From positions 94,922,001 through 94,986,000 of the forward strand of contig OX597822.1 of NCBI GenBank assembly GCA_951406725.2: DNA of 64,000 nucleotides, written 5' to 3'. The DNA is from Octopus vulgaris (lineage: Eukaryota). The notes beneath the pieces are model-generated. The model was not told the origin of the DNA, made no database searches, and saw only the letters and a list, made by a program, of their open reading frames with translations. Both the position numbers and the translations under genes were made by a program. Below are positions 14,402 to 27,318 of the stretch, piece after piece (within the stretch, counting starts at the first letter, position 1; every line of letters starts with the position of its first letter).

Positions 14402-15010
14402 TTATTTATTTATATATATTTATTTATATATATTATATGTACCTATTCATGGGACCGGCCTCTCCTTCGCCTTCGACATCAGAGGATCCAACCAAACCCC
14501 GGACGTCCTATATGTGTCGCAGCATTTCATCCACTGATATGTTATTCCCAGTACTGATTGCGGTCACACTTCCTTTCACTTTGTGCACCAAACATTAGGG
14601 GGCTTAACCCACATTCCCTCTCCCATCTCTTCCGTTTCTGCCTGCTGCAGCGCCAAGCTAGGCTGTCCCTTTTCGTACTGGAATATGGCTCTTTCCGGGA
14701 TTGACTTTTTAGTTTTACCTACACTGGGCGACATTTTGCACTAGAGGACAACCTCCATGGGACATTGGAGCATTCTGATTGGTACGTTCTGAATGATACG
14801 TTCTGATTGTTTGCACTGTGAGTTGAAATACCGCTTTATCCCACATGAGTGGTAGAGTTTATCCGCCGCTCAATGGAATATCACCATCTCGTACTCTGTG
14901 CATCTTAAACGAAGTTCAGTCTGTTGCTAGAACTGAGGCCACGTCTCAGGTTTTCCTTTCTTCCTATCTTCCATGAATCTCGGAGGAAATATATATGTGT
15001 GTGTGCGTGT

Positions 15011-15086
<76 letters not shown>

Positions 15087-16027
15087 ATATGTGTATGTGT
15101 GTGTGTATATATATGTAACGGATGAAATTGATTGGTAAACATTATTATGAGATGTCGTAGTCAGCAGTTGTAACGATAATCATTTGTTATAATTGCTTAC
15201 TTTAAGATGTGAAAGAGAGACAATGCATGAAGTTTAAAGAAAGTATTTATTTACCATTACATTACAATACCTTGCCTCGACGGACAGGTTATGATAAATC
15301 CAAAAGCATGCGAAGTAAAGTTTGTGTTTGTGTCCTCTTCATTGTTTAGTAGTAAATACAGAGAAAGATAGAATGATGTTGTAAAAGAACAGAATTAGAG
15401 CTAGTGAGAGTTCTATGATGTGGGACGTTGTCTCACAGTTGCTGACAGTAAACATCATTTCTCCCTCTGACCAAGGTTCTAGCTGGTCAACCAGACTTCG
15501 TTCTCACTGAGTTGTCACCGAGGGACTAACTGATTTTTGCTTGGCGTATTCTCGCTTTTATAACTATCCAGAAGGATAGATATATCATTGAGAACAATAG
15601 ATTTAGTTGGTGGTCTTGTTATCTCTATTCTAGCTTTTGGTGAAGTTGAAGAGGTTAGAAAGGATCAAGTGGTGAAGACATTATTTCGGCCTAGCTAAAG
15701 GCATCTGGAAAATGTAAAACTGCTATCAGAGAAAAACCATTGTTCCATCGTGGGGAAAGTTCTGTTGCTCTGTTAATTTAGATTTTGCTATGGTGGATCG
15801 AATCCACTTCATGCATGCAAGATCCACTACATTTCTAGGAACGTTAGTAGACTCGGATGTACATAGCCTCTCATTTCAAAAAACATAAACAATGTACATA
15901 CAATGAAAAAAAGTTAATAAACAGAATTGAATGAATTCTTCGTAAGACTTCAGTCGAAATTATAGACTCACAGAAGAGATAAACGACTCAATAAAGTAAA
16001 AACAATAATCAAAGCAAAAATAGTTTA

Positions 16028-16119
16028 CGCCCGCAGAGGGACTCGAACCCGCGACCCTCAGATTACTTCTAAGGTTGACCTATAAAAGTCTGATGCTCTA
16101 CCGACTGAGCTATGCGGGC
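16028..16119 (-). tRNA. tRNA-Lys(UUU) with 19-nt intron, intact
   Basis: Full cloverleaf with a T5 terminator. Confidence 0.95.
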
Positions 16120-17089
16120 GGACATTTCGTAATATCTCATATTATCAATATAAGCAAAGTTCATAGAACATTTCTCTTTGTATTGCAGTGTGATGACAAT
16201 TCATTGAGCGTCCATTGTTTATGACAAGCTGAAGTACATATATATAATAATCTCGAAGTGTATTTTATGTTTCACTGATTAATTCTACCACTTGGTAGAT
16301 TTAGTGTTGAGGGAAGGCAGAACCCATCACCTCTCACAGGATTTCATACGATCTTGTGAGAGCTCAAGACAAAAGTGTGGAAAACTGTAAGTGGAGAAAA
16401 CTGGAGATGTTCCCTAATTCTTGCAAAAGAGTGGAAACACAAACTACCAGATGGTGATATTAATTCCTGCAACGGCTCAACTTTGCTAGCTTTGTATGAC
16501 ATAAAGTGATTTAAACTTGGAAAATAGAAAACCTGGTAACGACAGTTCTTAATTTGAATGAACGACGAAGTAAATATATGGCAGCTTGACCTTATCGATA
16601 CACTAACCAAACGACACCTAAATCTTGAAAGGGACTAAAAAACGAAAAAGAGAGAGAGAAACGAAACTTTCCTTTAAGCGCGATTGGCATCTTTAAAAGC
16701 CAAGTGAAGGAGTTAACGCCTTTAAAATCAATTAACTGAAATTTTTGGGAAATATGGATGTTAAGTTCCTGTTATATTAACATTTTACGGTATGAATTTG
16801 GAGAGATTTTGCGGCTGTTAACTATAGATCGATCGACTATCCAGTTATTTCATCTCTTGCTTTCAGCGTTACCAAAACCTCTGAAAGCTCCAAATATCCA
16901 ATAATGTTGAATTCAAAATTACTTTCGAACAACTCAAGCGCCAATTCAATTGATGCTTTTCCAATATTATTCCTACTGAGATAAAGTGGGTATGTGGATA
17001 CAAACATACATTTAGCAGTAATCTGAGGGCGTATGTTTTCTTTCGTTTTATTGAATGGTTTACCTGTTCACTACAGTTAATTTGAGATA

Positions 17090-17323
17090 TACCTATTTCT
17101 TTTCTACCCACAAGGGGCTAAACACAGAGGGGACGAACAAGGACAGACAACCGGATTAAGTCGATTATATCGAACCAGTGCGTAACTGGTACTTATTTAA
17201 TCGACCCCGAAAGAATGAAAGGCAAAGTCGGCCTCGGCGGAATTTGAGCTCAGAGCGCAACGTCAGGCGAAATACCGCTTAGCATTTCGCCTGGCGTGCT
17301 AACGTTTCTGCCAACTCGCCGCC
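17090..17323 (-). mobile_element. SINE family B (GGCGGCGAGCTGGCAG head); other copies ~20566-20790(-), 22800-22944(-), 62828-63061(+), 63236-63459(+)
   Basis: Dispersed ~235-bp repeat with a tRNA-like head and a shared CCCCTTGTGGGTA tail. Confidence 0.8.
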
Positions 17324-17344
17324 TTTTTGAGATATACCGTCTAC

Positions 17345-18420
17345 TCCATAACGTCTGACGTGTTTGTCTATGTCAGTGAGGCCTCATTGTATACTTCGTC
17401 GTTGTAGTTCGTTACTCGTAATCTACGCAAAATGTCCTCTGACATGCTGTCTTTATGCATTTCACACAGATTAAGGGGCTCGCTGGCATTGCAGTACAGT
17501 AACATTCCGCAAAACAAACTACGCATTTCTCGAGGCATTCGACATTCTGCTGCTTCCGCCAACTTCAAGTTCAGATGGGCATCGTTTAGGAGTAGTCCGC
17601 GCTTCACGCAAGCGTCTCTGTAAGTGGGGCAAATGGAGTCGTTGAAAGTTCTAAGTTCAGCAAAGGACTTTGGTCCCGTGATTCGATGAGGAAAAATTCG
17701 CAAAAGAAAGCATTCTTGGTGCTTCGGATGAACATTATACACGCGTCCGATGGTATCACCTCTGACAACACCTGGCCAATTCTCAACTGGCTTTCTATTT
17801 ATTCTCCGTTTCCATTTGTTCTGAAACCAAGTAAAATAGGGTGGTACGTCGGCGTAGAAAAGGGTTACTACAAACTCATCGACAGAGCACAATTTAAAAA
17901 ATGCTGTAAGTGTAGTCTCTGATGACTGTTGAACAGCACGATGGGCGCTTTCTTTGGTGAAATAAACTCGGTGTCCATTCTCTAGGTGAACATCCAAGTT
18001 GAAAGCTGGAGGAAAGGTCATGCGAATCTCAAATCCAAAAATACGCCAAGCTGCCATATTGGATGAAATGTACCTTCCCATGCTGTATTGAGTAATTTCG
18101 TTTGTCTGTTGCTCACCATCACTGAGGTCAACTACTGATATGTCCTCGCCTTTGTTAATATATTTGCTAATATATTTTATGCTTTTGACAAAACTGCAGC
18201 ATTCCACGTTGATGTGAGCATTAAAATTTTTGCAAAGTAAAGGGCTATGAGGAATTACCTAGCTGTTGTCAGCATCGTATGTTAGCCCTTCCTTCGTAAC
18301 ACTCACTATTAGGCCGTGAAAATCTGGAGCACGCCGCCGGAAGATGGGATAGCCGTCAGTCCCAGTGCAAATTTTCCTCGAAAATTCTCTTGGGTACCGT
18401 TTGGAACATTTGTTGAACCC
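17345..18420 (-). pseudogene. Helitron Rep/helicase fragment
   Basis: KCSKRYPREF..GTDGYPIFRRR, an in-frame stop, then HINVECCSFVKSIKYISKYINKG (Rep catalytic YxxKY motif), GRYISSNMAAWRIFGF and GPKSFAELRT..TYRDAC..RGLL. Confidence 0.92.
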
Positions 18421-18470
18421 TGCATAACCTCTAAATGAGACACGCAAACATACAACTTTCGGCCATTTCA

Positions 18471-18519
<49 letters not shown>

Positions 18520-18532
<13 letters not shown>

Positions 18533-19218
18533 ATTATTAGGGAATAAATCCAAACTTACAGGGAAAAATTAGATTTAGGATTAAATCCAATTTTATAGTA
18601 TAAATATATTATATTATATTATATTAAATTAGAGATAAAACCACTATTAGGCAAATCAAGCAGTGAAAAACATAAGCCAATACATAAAATTAATTTAAAA
18701 ATATAAAAGTTAAAAATAAAAAATTATTTAAATAATTTAAACTTATAAATTTTATATATATATATATATGGCGGTGCCCCAGCATGGCCACAGCTCATTA
18801 GCTGAAACTGGAAAAATCAAAATCAAAATCATACAAATATATATATATATATGTATGTATGTATATTTTTATATTTATATATTATTTTATTTATTAATTA
18901 ATTAATTTATTTATTTATTTTTATATAAATATATATCAAAAATATTAAAAGTTTAATAAAAGATATCTTTTATTAAACTTTTAATATTTTTGATATATAT
19001 TTATAAAAAAAAAAATAAATAAATTAATAAATAAAATAATATATAAATATAAAAATATACATACATACATATATATATTTGTATATATATATAAAATTTA
19101 TAAGTTTAAATTATTTAAATAATTTTTGATTTTATATTTTTAAATTAATTTTATGTATTGGCTTATGTTTTTCACTGTTTGATTTGCCTAATAGTGGTTT
19201 TATCTCTAATTTAATATA

Positions 19219-19230
<12 letters not shown>
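18520..19230 (-). repeat. ~620-bp spacerless AT-rich palindrome plus ~90-bp tail, in (AT)n
   Basis: Centre AAAAGATATCTTTT at ~18964. Arms ~18612-18964 / 18965-19230; the left arm is interrupted by a SINE 3' fragment (18769-18830). Related to 35190-35272. Confidence 0.85.
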
Positions 19231-19257
<27 letters not shown>

Positions 19258-20832
19258 TAGCAGAGATACCCGGCGTTGCCCGGTTACATTCAATTGAAGA
19301 ATTAGACTGTTCTGTTATATATATATGGATACACACACACACACACATACACACACACACATATGTATATTAATATAAATACATGAAAGTACGTGAAGTT
19401 TATTAAAAAAAGGGGGATCATGTATATACCTCCTGGCTGTTGAGATTATAACACCTCGTTGTAAACAATGTTCCTTGTTTTTCCTTGTGGAGCATATACA
19501 AAAAGGTTTCTTTTGGTTCCTACTCTTGAACAGCCAACATACAGTTGCCCATGCGAAAAGCAGGGCTCTTCCAAGAGAAGACCCGCTACAGAGAGGGTTT
19601 GACTGAGGGATGAACTGAACAGGGTAAACACCAGGGCCAACAACCAGATGAAATAATGCGTGGACGCGCGCATGTGCACGTGTGTGTTTATGTGCGTGTT
19701 TGTGTGTTTGTGCTCCCGCCACCGCTTGACGACCAGTATTGGTTTCTTTATGCTCTCGTGACATAGCGGTTCGGCATGAAAGACCGACAGAAAAAGTAGC
19801 AGACTTAAAAAAAAAAATAATGGCATGACTACACAAAGTGTGACTTTTTGTCTCATAACTCTTTTACTTGTTTCAGTCATGTGACTGTGGCCATGCTGGA
19901 GCAAATTGACCCCCCAGGACTTATTCTTTGTAAGCCTAGTACTTATTCTATCGGTCGCTTTTGCCGAACCACCAAGTTACGGGGACGTAAACATACCAGC
20001 ATCGGTTGTCAAGCGATGTTGGGTGTGGGGAGGGGACAAACACAACAGACACACAAACATATATATACATATACGACGGGCTTCTTTCAGTTTGGTTGGC
20101 CCGAGGCTATAGTAGAAGACACTTGCCCAAGGTGAACCCGGAACCATGCGGTTAGTAAGCAAGCTACATACCACACAGCCTCTCACGCGCCTACAAGGAA
20201 AATTGATATTTTATAATGAAATTTCATACAAATACGCTCAGATGTTGTAGATTTTGATTGTAATGAAACTTATAGTGAAAAATCTTTTCCCTGGGTTGGG
20301 ATGGGGAGTTTCGGAAAATTCACACGGGTCGACTTTGTTTCCTCATAAACGTTCAGAAAAATGGGTAATTTTTAACGAAATTTTCTACTAATACTTTTCA
20401 CAGTATATTCATTATGATAATAACGGAATTTAATGTGATAAAAAAATAAATAGTAGTCTCCTACTCGTACATACTGACACACATAAATATCGGATCTAGT
20501 TTTTTTCCTTCGCAAAATACGCATACAAAATGGAACTTGTATTTTCGAAAGAAACTGTTATGTATACCTATTTTTTATTACCCACAAGGGGCTAAACATA
20601 GAGGGGACAAACAAGGACAGACAAACAGATTAAGTCGATTATATTGACCCCAGTGCGTAACTGGTACTTAATTTATCGACTCCGAAAGGATGAAAGGCAA
20701 AGTCGACCTCGACGGAATTTGAACTCAGAACGTAACGGCAGACGAAAAACTGCTAAGCATTTCGCCCGGCGTGCTAACGTCTACGTAACGGCAGACGAAA
20801 TACTGCTATGTATACCGGAATGTATGTTTCTC

Positions 20833-21131
20833 TGGAGGCACATAGCCTAGTGGCTAGAGCAGCGGACTCGCGGTCGAGAATCGCGGGTTCGAATCTCAGA
20901 CCGGGCGATGTGTGTGTTTATGAGCGAAAAACTTAAGCTCCACGCGGCTCTGGCAGAAGATAATTGCGAACTTCTGCAGACTCTTTCGCTACATCTTTCT
21001 CTCACTCTTTCCTCCTGCATCTTGCAGCTCACCTGCGACGGACCGGCGTCCCGCCCATGTGGGGAAGCTATACACCAAGGAAACCGGGAAACCGGCCCTT
21101 ATGAACCAGGCATGGCTTGAGAAGGAACAAA
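20833..21131 (+). mobile_element. SINE family C (tRNA-derived head TGGAGGCGCAATGGCCCAGTGG); other copies ~21276-21381, 27384-27645(-), 38910-39137(-), 43825-44205, 57758-58058, 59015-59300(-)
   Basis: A box and B box (GGTTCGAATC) present; this copy is flanked by a 13-bp direct repeat AATGTATGTTTCT. Confidence 0.85.
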
Positions 21132-21904
21132 CAATGTATGTTTCTGAGTTCAGCAATTTTCTTTTGAATATAATCGTAATTTACACTCTGAAAGGTATTC
21201 GTAGAAATTTTCACAAAGAGAAATACCTTTTTTTCCTGAAAGATGTAAGAAAACAAAGCTGACTCATGTTTCTGTGGAGGCACATGGCCTAGTGGCTAGA
21301 GCAGCGGACTCGAGGTCGAGAATCGCGGGTTCGAATCTCAGACCGAGCGATGTGTGTGTTTATAAGCGAAAAACTTAAGCTGACTCATGTAAATTTTCCG
21401 AAGCTCTTCACCCCCACCCTCGGAAAAAAGTTTTTTTCTTCTTTTTTTTTTTACCTCAAATTCCGATATAATCGGAATGTAAACAATGTAAAGCGTATTT
21501 GTAGAAAATTTCATTGAAAAATATCCGTTTTACTGAAAGTTGTGAGGAAACAAATTCGGTGGAGTAACACTTATGTAGACATACCAAAATAATTAACACT
21601 GGGGTCGATTTCTTCAGCAACACCCTTCAAGGCGGTGCCACGGCTTCGCTGCAGTCCAATGACTGAGACAAGTAAAAGATTTAAAAAATGGTGAGATAAA
21701 GTCACTTAAACATATACATATCCTATTCCGCCCAGGTCGACTGTGCTTTTCATCCTTTCAGGGTCGATAAATTAAGTACCAGTTGTGTACTGGAGTCGAT
21801 CTAATCGACAGGCCCCCTCTCTAAAAAATTCCAGGCCTTGTACTTAGGGTAGAAAAGAATATATACATATTCTTAAACGCGTGAATAAACAAATAATAAA
21901 ATAA

Positions 21905-22126
21905 GGCGATCCTTCGGTATAGGTACCGTAAGTGGCTTGTTCACATTTCTGACGATAACAGAAACCCTTTTCTCCCACCCCTAACCCTAACCCTAACCCC
22001 CCATATATATATATAAAAAAAAAAACACTTTCTTGAAATGCATCCGGTACATTATCGTAATACCTTACGCCCGCAGAGGGACTTGAACCCGCGACCCTCA
22101 GATTACTTCTGGTACCTATACCGAAG
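21905..22126. mobile_element. hAT-type MITE with (CCCTAA)3 and a captured tRNA fragment
   Basis: Inverted repeats CTTCGGTATAGGTACC (21912-21927) and GGTACCTATACCGAAG (22111-22126). Homologous to 29705-29891. Confidence 0.85.
22068..22110 (-). pseudogene. 3' half of tRNA-Lys(UUU) including the last 7 nt of the intron
   Basis: AGAAGTA-ATCTGAGGGTCGCGGGTTCAAGTCCCTCTGCGGGCG; the 5' exon is absent. Confidence 0.92.
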
Positions 22127-22296
22127 TTACGCAACAAATACAGTCTCTCGTTTCAGAAACAGAGACAATGCACGTACACTTTAAGAAAAAATTTTAAAAA
22201 AACAGAAAAATATATCTACTCGGTGTAAAACTCGAGACGATACTAAAACTAACAAATAAGCAAACTAATTCAAGAAAATGAAAAAAAAAGACCATA

Positions 22297-22386
22297 CGCC
22301 CGCAGGGGGACTCGAACCCGCGACCCTCAGATTGCCTCTAAGGTTAACATAAAAGTCTGATGCTCTACCGACTGAGCTATGCGGGC
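22297..22386 (-). tRNA. tRNA-Lys(UUU) with divergent 17-nt intron
   Basis: Intron TGTTAACCTTAGAGGCA. Exons are conserved except U64>C. T9 terminator; flanks differ from the other copies. Confidence 0.93.
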
Positions 22387-23381
22387 GGGATGCTTCTAGG
22401 TCAATATATTGAGTATAAAGCAAGAGCCGAAAGTCTAGATTGTGTTTCACATGTGTTGTAAGTGAGACAGCTGATTACTTCAGGCTAGTTTCTGACAGCA
22501 GTATTTTATACACGATGTAACGTTCGTTTTTTATTTAGATACGACGTGTAATAATTTTTTAGGAAAATGAATACTTTCTTTTTTTAATCCTGTTAATTAA
22601 TACTTTAAAGTATAAATTTCAATAAAGTAAAATTTAGTGAAATTGTTGCTGTGAGTGCACGAAAGACGTGGGTTGACGCGCGCAGGAAACTCAACGTGGT
22701 GGCTTCAACTTTTAGAAATAGCAGCTAAATATCAATGAAACTATACTCTGCACTCTTAAAAACAACACATAAGATAGATGATGATGATAGCTGGAGTATA
22801 CCTATTTCTTTACTACCCACAAGGGGCTAAACACAGAGAGGACAAACAAGGACAGACAAATGGATTAAGTCGATTATATTGACCCCAGTGCGTAACTAGT
22901 ACTTAATTTATCGACCCCGAAAGGATGAAAGGCAAAGTCGACCTACCATTCATGAAAATAAGACGGTATCACCGTGTTTTATTTCAATATCTCTCATCTT
23001 ACACGTGTTAGATTAGGACTGTGTTTGGGACCACACAAGAGTAATAGAAGATTGATGATAGCTTACCCAACGGTAAATGAAAAAACATGATAGTGGTGTC
23101 TACATTTCTGACACACGTGTCAAGAGGGTAACTTCTATTTTGGTCGACTGATTTAAATAAACGTTTAACTACGTTTCACTTAAACCTCACACTTTACTAT
23201 ATTTCTATTAATAAATACTGCTTTTGTTTCAATTAATTCGAGAATCATGAATAATTGAATAAAAAAACATCTTCGTCATTATTAATTCGTTGTTTGAAAA
23301 TATAAACCTTGCATTAAATTTTGACGGAAAGTTTCGATTTAAATCGCTTTTAGTCGGTTGGTATTAAAAAAAATTGCCTTA

Positions 23382-23473
23382 CGCCCACAGAGGGACTTGA
23401 ACCCGCGACCCTCAGATTACTTCTAAGGTTGGCCTATAAAAGTCTGATGCTCTACCGACTGAGCTATGCGGGC
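23382..23473 (-). tRNA. tRNA-Lys(UUU) with 19-nt intron (G5:U68 wobble)
   Basis: Full cloverleaf with a T8 terminator. Confidence 0.93.
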
Positions 23474-24429
23474 GGGCTGAAAGAAAGCTGAAATACTACA
23501 TATAAAACAACAAAACTTCAAAAACAGGTGCATTTTTTTTTTTCATGATGAGAAATTTGAAGTGATAGTAATGTCTTCCTTCGTAGCGTTGTTGAATAAC
23601 CATCCGATCGCTTTATTTCTATTTATTGTATTAACTGGTTTTTTTTCTTTTTTTTTTTTTCTATCACCGGAAAATATCCTTGACTTACCTTGTTTTCAAT
23701 AATTGAAATGCAGATTCGATCTTGATTAAAAAAAAAAGTTGCTGATAACTGACAACAGTAGTTTTTAACACTTTCTTTCCTTTTTCTTTTTTTGTAACGC
23801 CCCCTCGACTAGACTTAACATGGATGATCTTTTATCAAATTTACTCTAAAAGTGGATTGTATAAGGTTTTGACAATGAAATGGTTACAAATTAATAAAGA
23901 CAGAAGTTGTAAATTGACTTTATACTTAACAAGTTAATGGCTTCCCAGTGCCTGATGAGATCTCATTTGTATTTTAATACCCATTACTAGTTTTAACATG
24001 TATAATATAATTACTACTTTAGGTAAAAATTAGTTCGTTAACTATGTTACCTCACAGCCCCCTAAAGCCTAACGCTCCTTTCGACACGCCCAGCGCCTCC
24101 TTGGGGGCGGTACCGCCCATGTTAAGGACCTCTGATTTATCATAATTTCCACTTACATTTTGTAATTATAAATCGAAATACTACCGAAGAAAACCTGAGG
24201 ATCGTGGCTGGAACGCCTTTTATTATAGATTATATCACCAGATCTAACTGCAATGAGGATTCTTATCTCGTTCAGTCACAAAGCAATTCGTTTCTTCTTT
24301 TTTTTCCTTTTTAATATTGAGAATACTTGTAGGATCTCACGTATGTAGTGATAGAAGGTTGAAAAACTTCGACTGATTGAGTTGAAAAATACATTACTGT
24401 AACACTATTTCAGCATTTAGCTTCAGCCC

Positions 24430-24521
24430 GCCCGCATAGCTCAGTCGGTAGAGCATCAGACTTTTATAGGTCAGCCTTAGAAGTAATCTGAGGGTCGCGG
24501 GTTCAAGTCCCTCTGCGGGCG
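24430..24521 (+). tRNA. tRNA-Lys(UUU) with 19-nt intron, the only plus-strand copy
   Basis: GCCCGCATAGCTCAGTCGGTAGAGCATCAGACTTTTA-TAGGTCAGCCTTAGAAGTA-ATCTGAGGGTCGCGGGTTCAAGTCCCTCTGCGGGCG. Confidence 0.95.
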
Positions 24522-24527
24522 TATGGA

Positions 24528-24537
24528 TTTTTTTTTT
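24528..24537 (+). terminator. Pol III oligo-T terminator
   Basis: T10 run starting 7 nt after the tRNA discriminator base. Confidence 0.8.
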
Positions 24538-24830
24538 CAATACCAACTGACCGAGATACAAAAGTCTGGTTTTATATATATATGAAAGAAAAATGTGTTC
24601 AGAATGCTCGATGGTTGTAAAAAATATATATTTATTTACATATCACATATTTCTTCAACTACTCCTGTAGTTTCTTTCATATATATTAAATCTGTACATC
24701 ACCCCCAATACTTCTATCTCAGAACTATGATCAGTTGGTAAAAATAAAGTGTTTTGTTTTATATATATATATATATAAGACGTTTTTATCTGAGAACTAT
24801 GGTCGGCTGGTATTTAAAAAAATTACTTTA

Positions 24831-24922
24831 CGCCCGCAGAGGGACTTGAACCCGCGACCCTCAGATTACTTCTAAAGTTGACCTATAAAAGTCTGATGCT
24901 CTACCGACTGAGCTATGCGGGC
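24831..24922 (-). tRNA. tRNA-Lys(UUU) with 19-nt intron, intact
   Basis: Full cloverleaf with a T7 terminator. Confidence 0.95.
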
Positions 24923-25133
24923 GGGCGGAAAACTGAAATGAAATACTACATATATATATGTGTGTGTGTATATATGTATGTATGCATGTTGCCAATTCTG
25001 TATAAGACATTGTAGACCTTTAGCTGGGCTGAAAAGTCACATTCTATCACAGCACCAGCAACAGTTAAGCTTCGTGCAATGGCCATACTCGATAACGAGG
25101 GAGCAGCCATAATGTATGTATGTATATACATAC

Positions 25134-25198
<65 letters not shown>

Positions 25199-25199
25199 G

Positions 25200-25528
25200 T
25201 ATTATATAGTCGGAAATATTAAATTTTTAAATGTCTCAAAGAGACATGAGCGGTGGTGGAGCGATAGAGTGGTTGTATACTGTCAACATAACGTGACAGT
25301 TCCGTATGGGAATTACCACACCGCTGTTTAGCCCTAGGAAGCATTGACGCTTCCTGTCGGCTTTGACGCATTTCCTGTGTCCTTATATTGTGTCCCCTTC
25401 ACAAATATAGGGACACAGGAAATGTGTCAAAGCCGACAGGAAGCGTTCGATGCTTCCTAGGGCTAAACAGCGGTGGTGTAATTCCCATACGGGACTGTCA
25501 CGTTAAGTTGACAGTATACAACCACTCT
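25200..25528. repeat. Fold-back element: ~125-bp inverted arms plus ~65-bp tail between microsatellites
   Basis: 25266-25389 is the near-perfect reverse complement of 25404-25528. Confidence 0.85.
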
Positions 25529-25539
25529 TTCTCTCTCTT

Positions 25540-25597
<58 letters not shown>

Positions 25598-25602
25598 CAT
25601 AC

Positions 25603-25647
<45 letters not shown>

Positions 25648-25816
25648 ACGACGGGCTTCTTTCAGTTTCCATCTACCAGATCCACTCACAAGTCAACTAT
25701 AGTAGAAGACATTCGTCCAAGGTGTCAGGCAGTGTCACTGAACCCGGAGCCATGTGGTTGGGAAGCAAACTTAACACCACACAGCCACACCTGTGCCTAT
25801 ATATGTTTTTTTTTTC

Positions 25817-26985
25817 CTGCCTTTCGCCCTCCAACGCGGAGTATAGGCCACTTATAATTGAATTCCATGTTGCATAATTTTTCGCTTCTGCACTTATACT
25901 CTGCTACGAATGTCCACCTTTCTCTAGTTCCTTTTGTGTTGATCTACGCCACGAGTTCTTATGCCTACCTCTCTTTCTATATCCATTCGGATTCCACTGT
26001 AAAGCAGTTTTCGCTACATTTGGTGTGTCTTTTCTTAATTGTGCTACTAATCCACTTCCACTTTTTCTTAAATATTTGCTCCCTAATCGAAACTTGATTT
26101 GTTCTTTGCCATAGCCCCATATTGCTTATGTGTTCGTGCCATCTAATTTCAAGTATACTATGCAAGCATCTGTTGATGAATGATTGTATTTGCTTATTTG
26201 ACTTAACTGTTGTTCGCCATGTCTCTGCCCCATACAATAACACCGCTTTTACGTTAGTGTTAAAAATTCTTATTTTGTTCTTTATTGAAATTACACTTGC
26301 GCTCCATACTTTTTTTTTAACAGGTGAAAAGCGGTCCTTGCCTTACTTATTCTCGTCCTAATATCTTCGTCAGTGCCACCTGAAAACGTTATCTTACTAC
26401 CTAAATACGTAAACTCGGCTACATCCTCTAGTTCACTGGTTTCTAGTTTAATACGTTCGCTATTTTCTTCATTAACGCGTATAATTTTTGATTTGTCGCG
26501 GTTGACTTTCAATCCTATTTTTGCAGCTATTGCTTCTAATTTTGACGTTTTATTTTTCATTTGGCTATATGTTTGTGAAAGCGCTACATCATCTGCAAAG
26601 TCGAGATCTTCTAGAGCTTCTGCACCCATCCATTCAATGCCTGTTTGGCTTTCAGTCCTAGTTTCCTTCATAATCCAATCTATAACTAGTAGAAATAAAA
26701 AGGGAGAAAGTATACAGCCCTGTCGAACTCCTGTTTTTTTTACTTCGAATTTATCCGTAGCTCCGTTTCCATGCAAGACTCGGCATGACATTCTTTGGTA
26801 AGTTGCTCTTATTATAGATATATACTTGTCTGGTATGCCGTGGTGCTGCTTAATTTTCTATAAGTCTTCCCTATCCACACTATCAAATGCTTTTTCGAAA
26901 TCAACAAAGTTAACATAAAGTGGTGCATTTCACTCTGCGCTTTGCTCTAAGATGATGCGAAGAGTGGCGATTTGATCTATACGTT
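25817..26985 (-). mobile_element. RTE-clade LINE 3' fragment (frameshifted reverse transcriptase)
   Basis: FVDFEKAFDSV, GVRQGCILSPFLFLLVIDWIM, LDFADDVAL, FTYLGS and LLYGAETW motifs; A-rich tail. Confidence 0.9.
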
Positions 26986-27258
26986 TTTGGGCCCCACAAG
27001 ATCACAGATAGAACCTGCTTTTTATATATTTATATTATCTCCACGTACAAGCCTTTCATATGTCTTAACATTTCTTATATATTTTGTTATATATATTTTA
27101 TTGTTTTATATATATTTTCTCCCTTTTACAATTGTGTAACTATATACGCGTGTAGTATTTGTATGTATAAGCATATACCAATTGTCTATGTGTGCGCATG
27201 TGTATGTATGTATATATACGAGTGTAAGACTGTATCCCTTGTACTTGTCTCCTTCCTT

Positions 27259-27318
<60 letters not shown>

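Noticed and set aside
15170-15770. Possible solo LTR starting TGTAAC
   Set aside because: No matching CA terminus or TSD was found.
21949-21966. CTGACGA..GAAAC in the MITE as a hammerhead
   Set aside because: No stem II or stem I pairing, and the motif is not conserved in the sister MITE.
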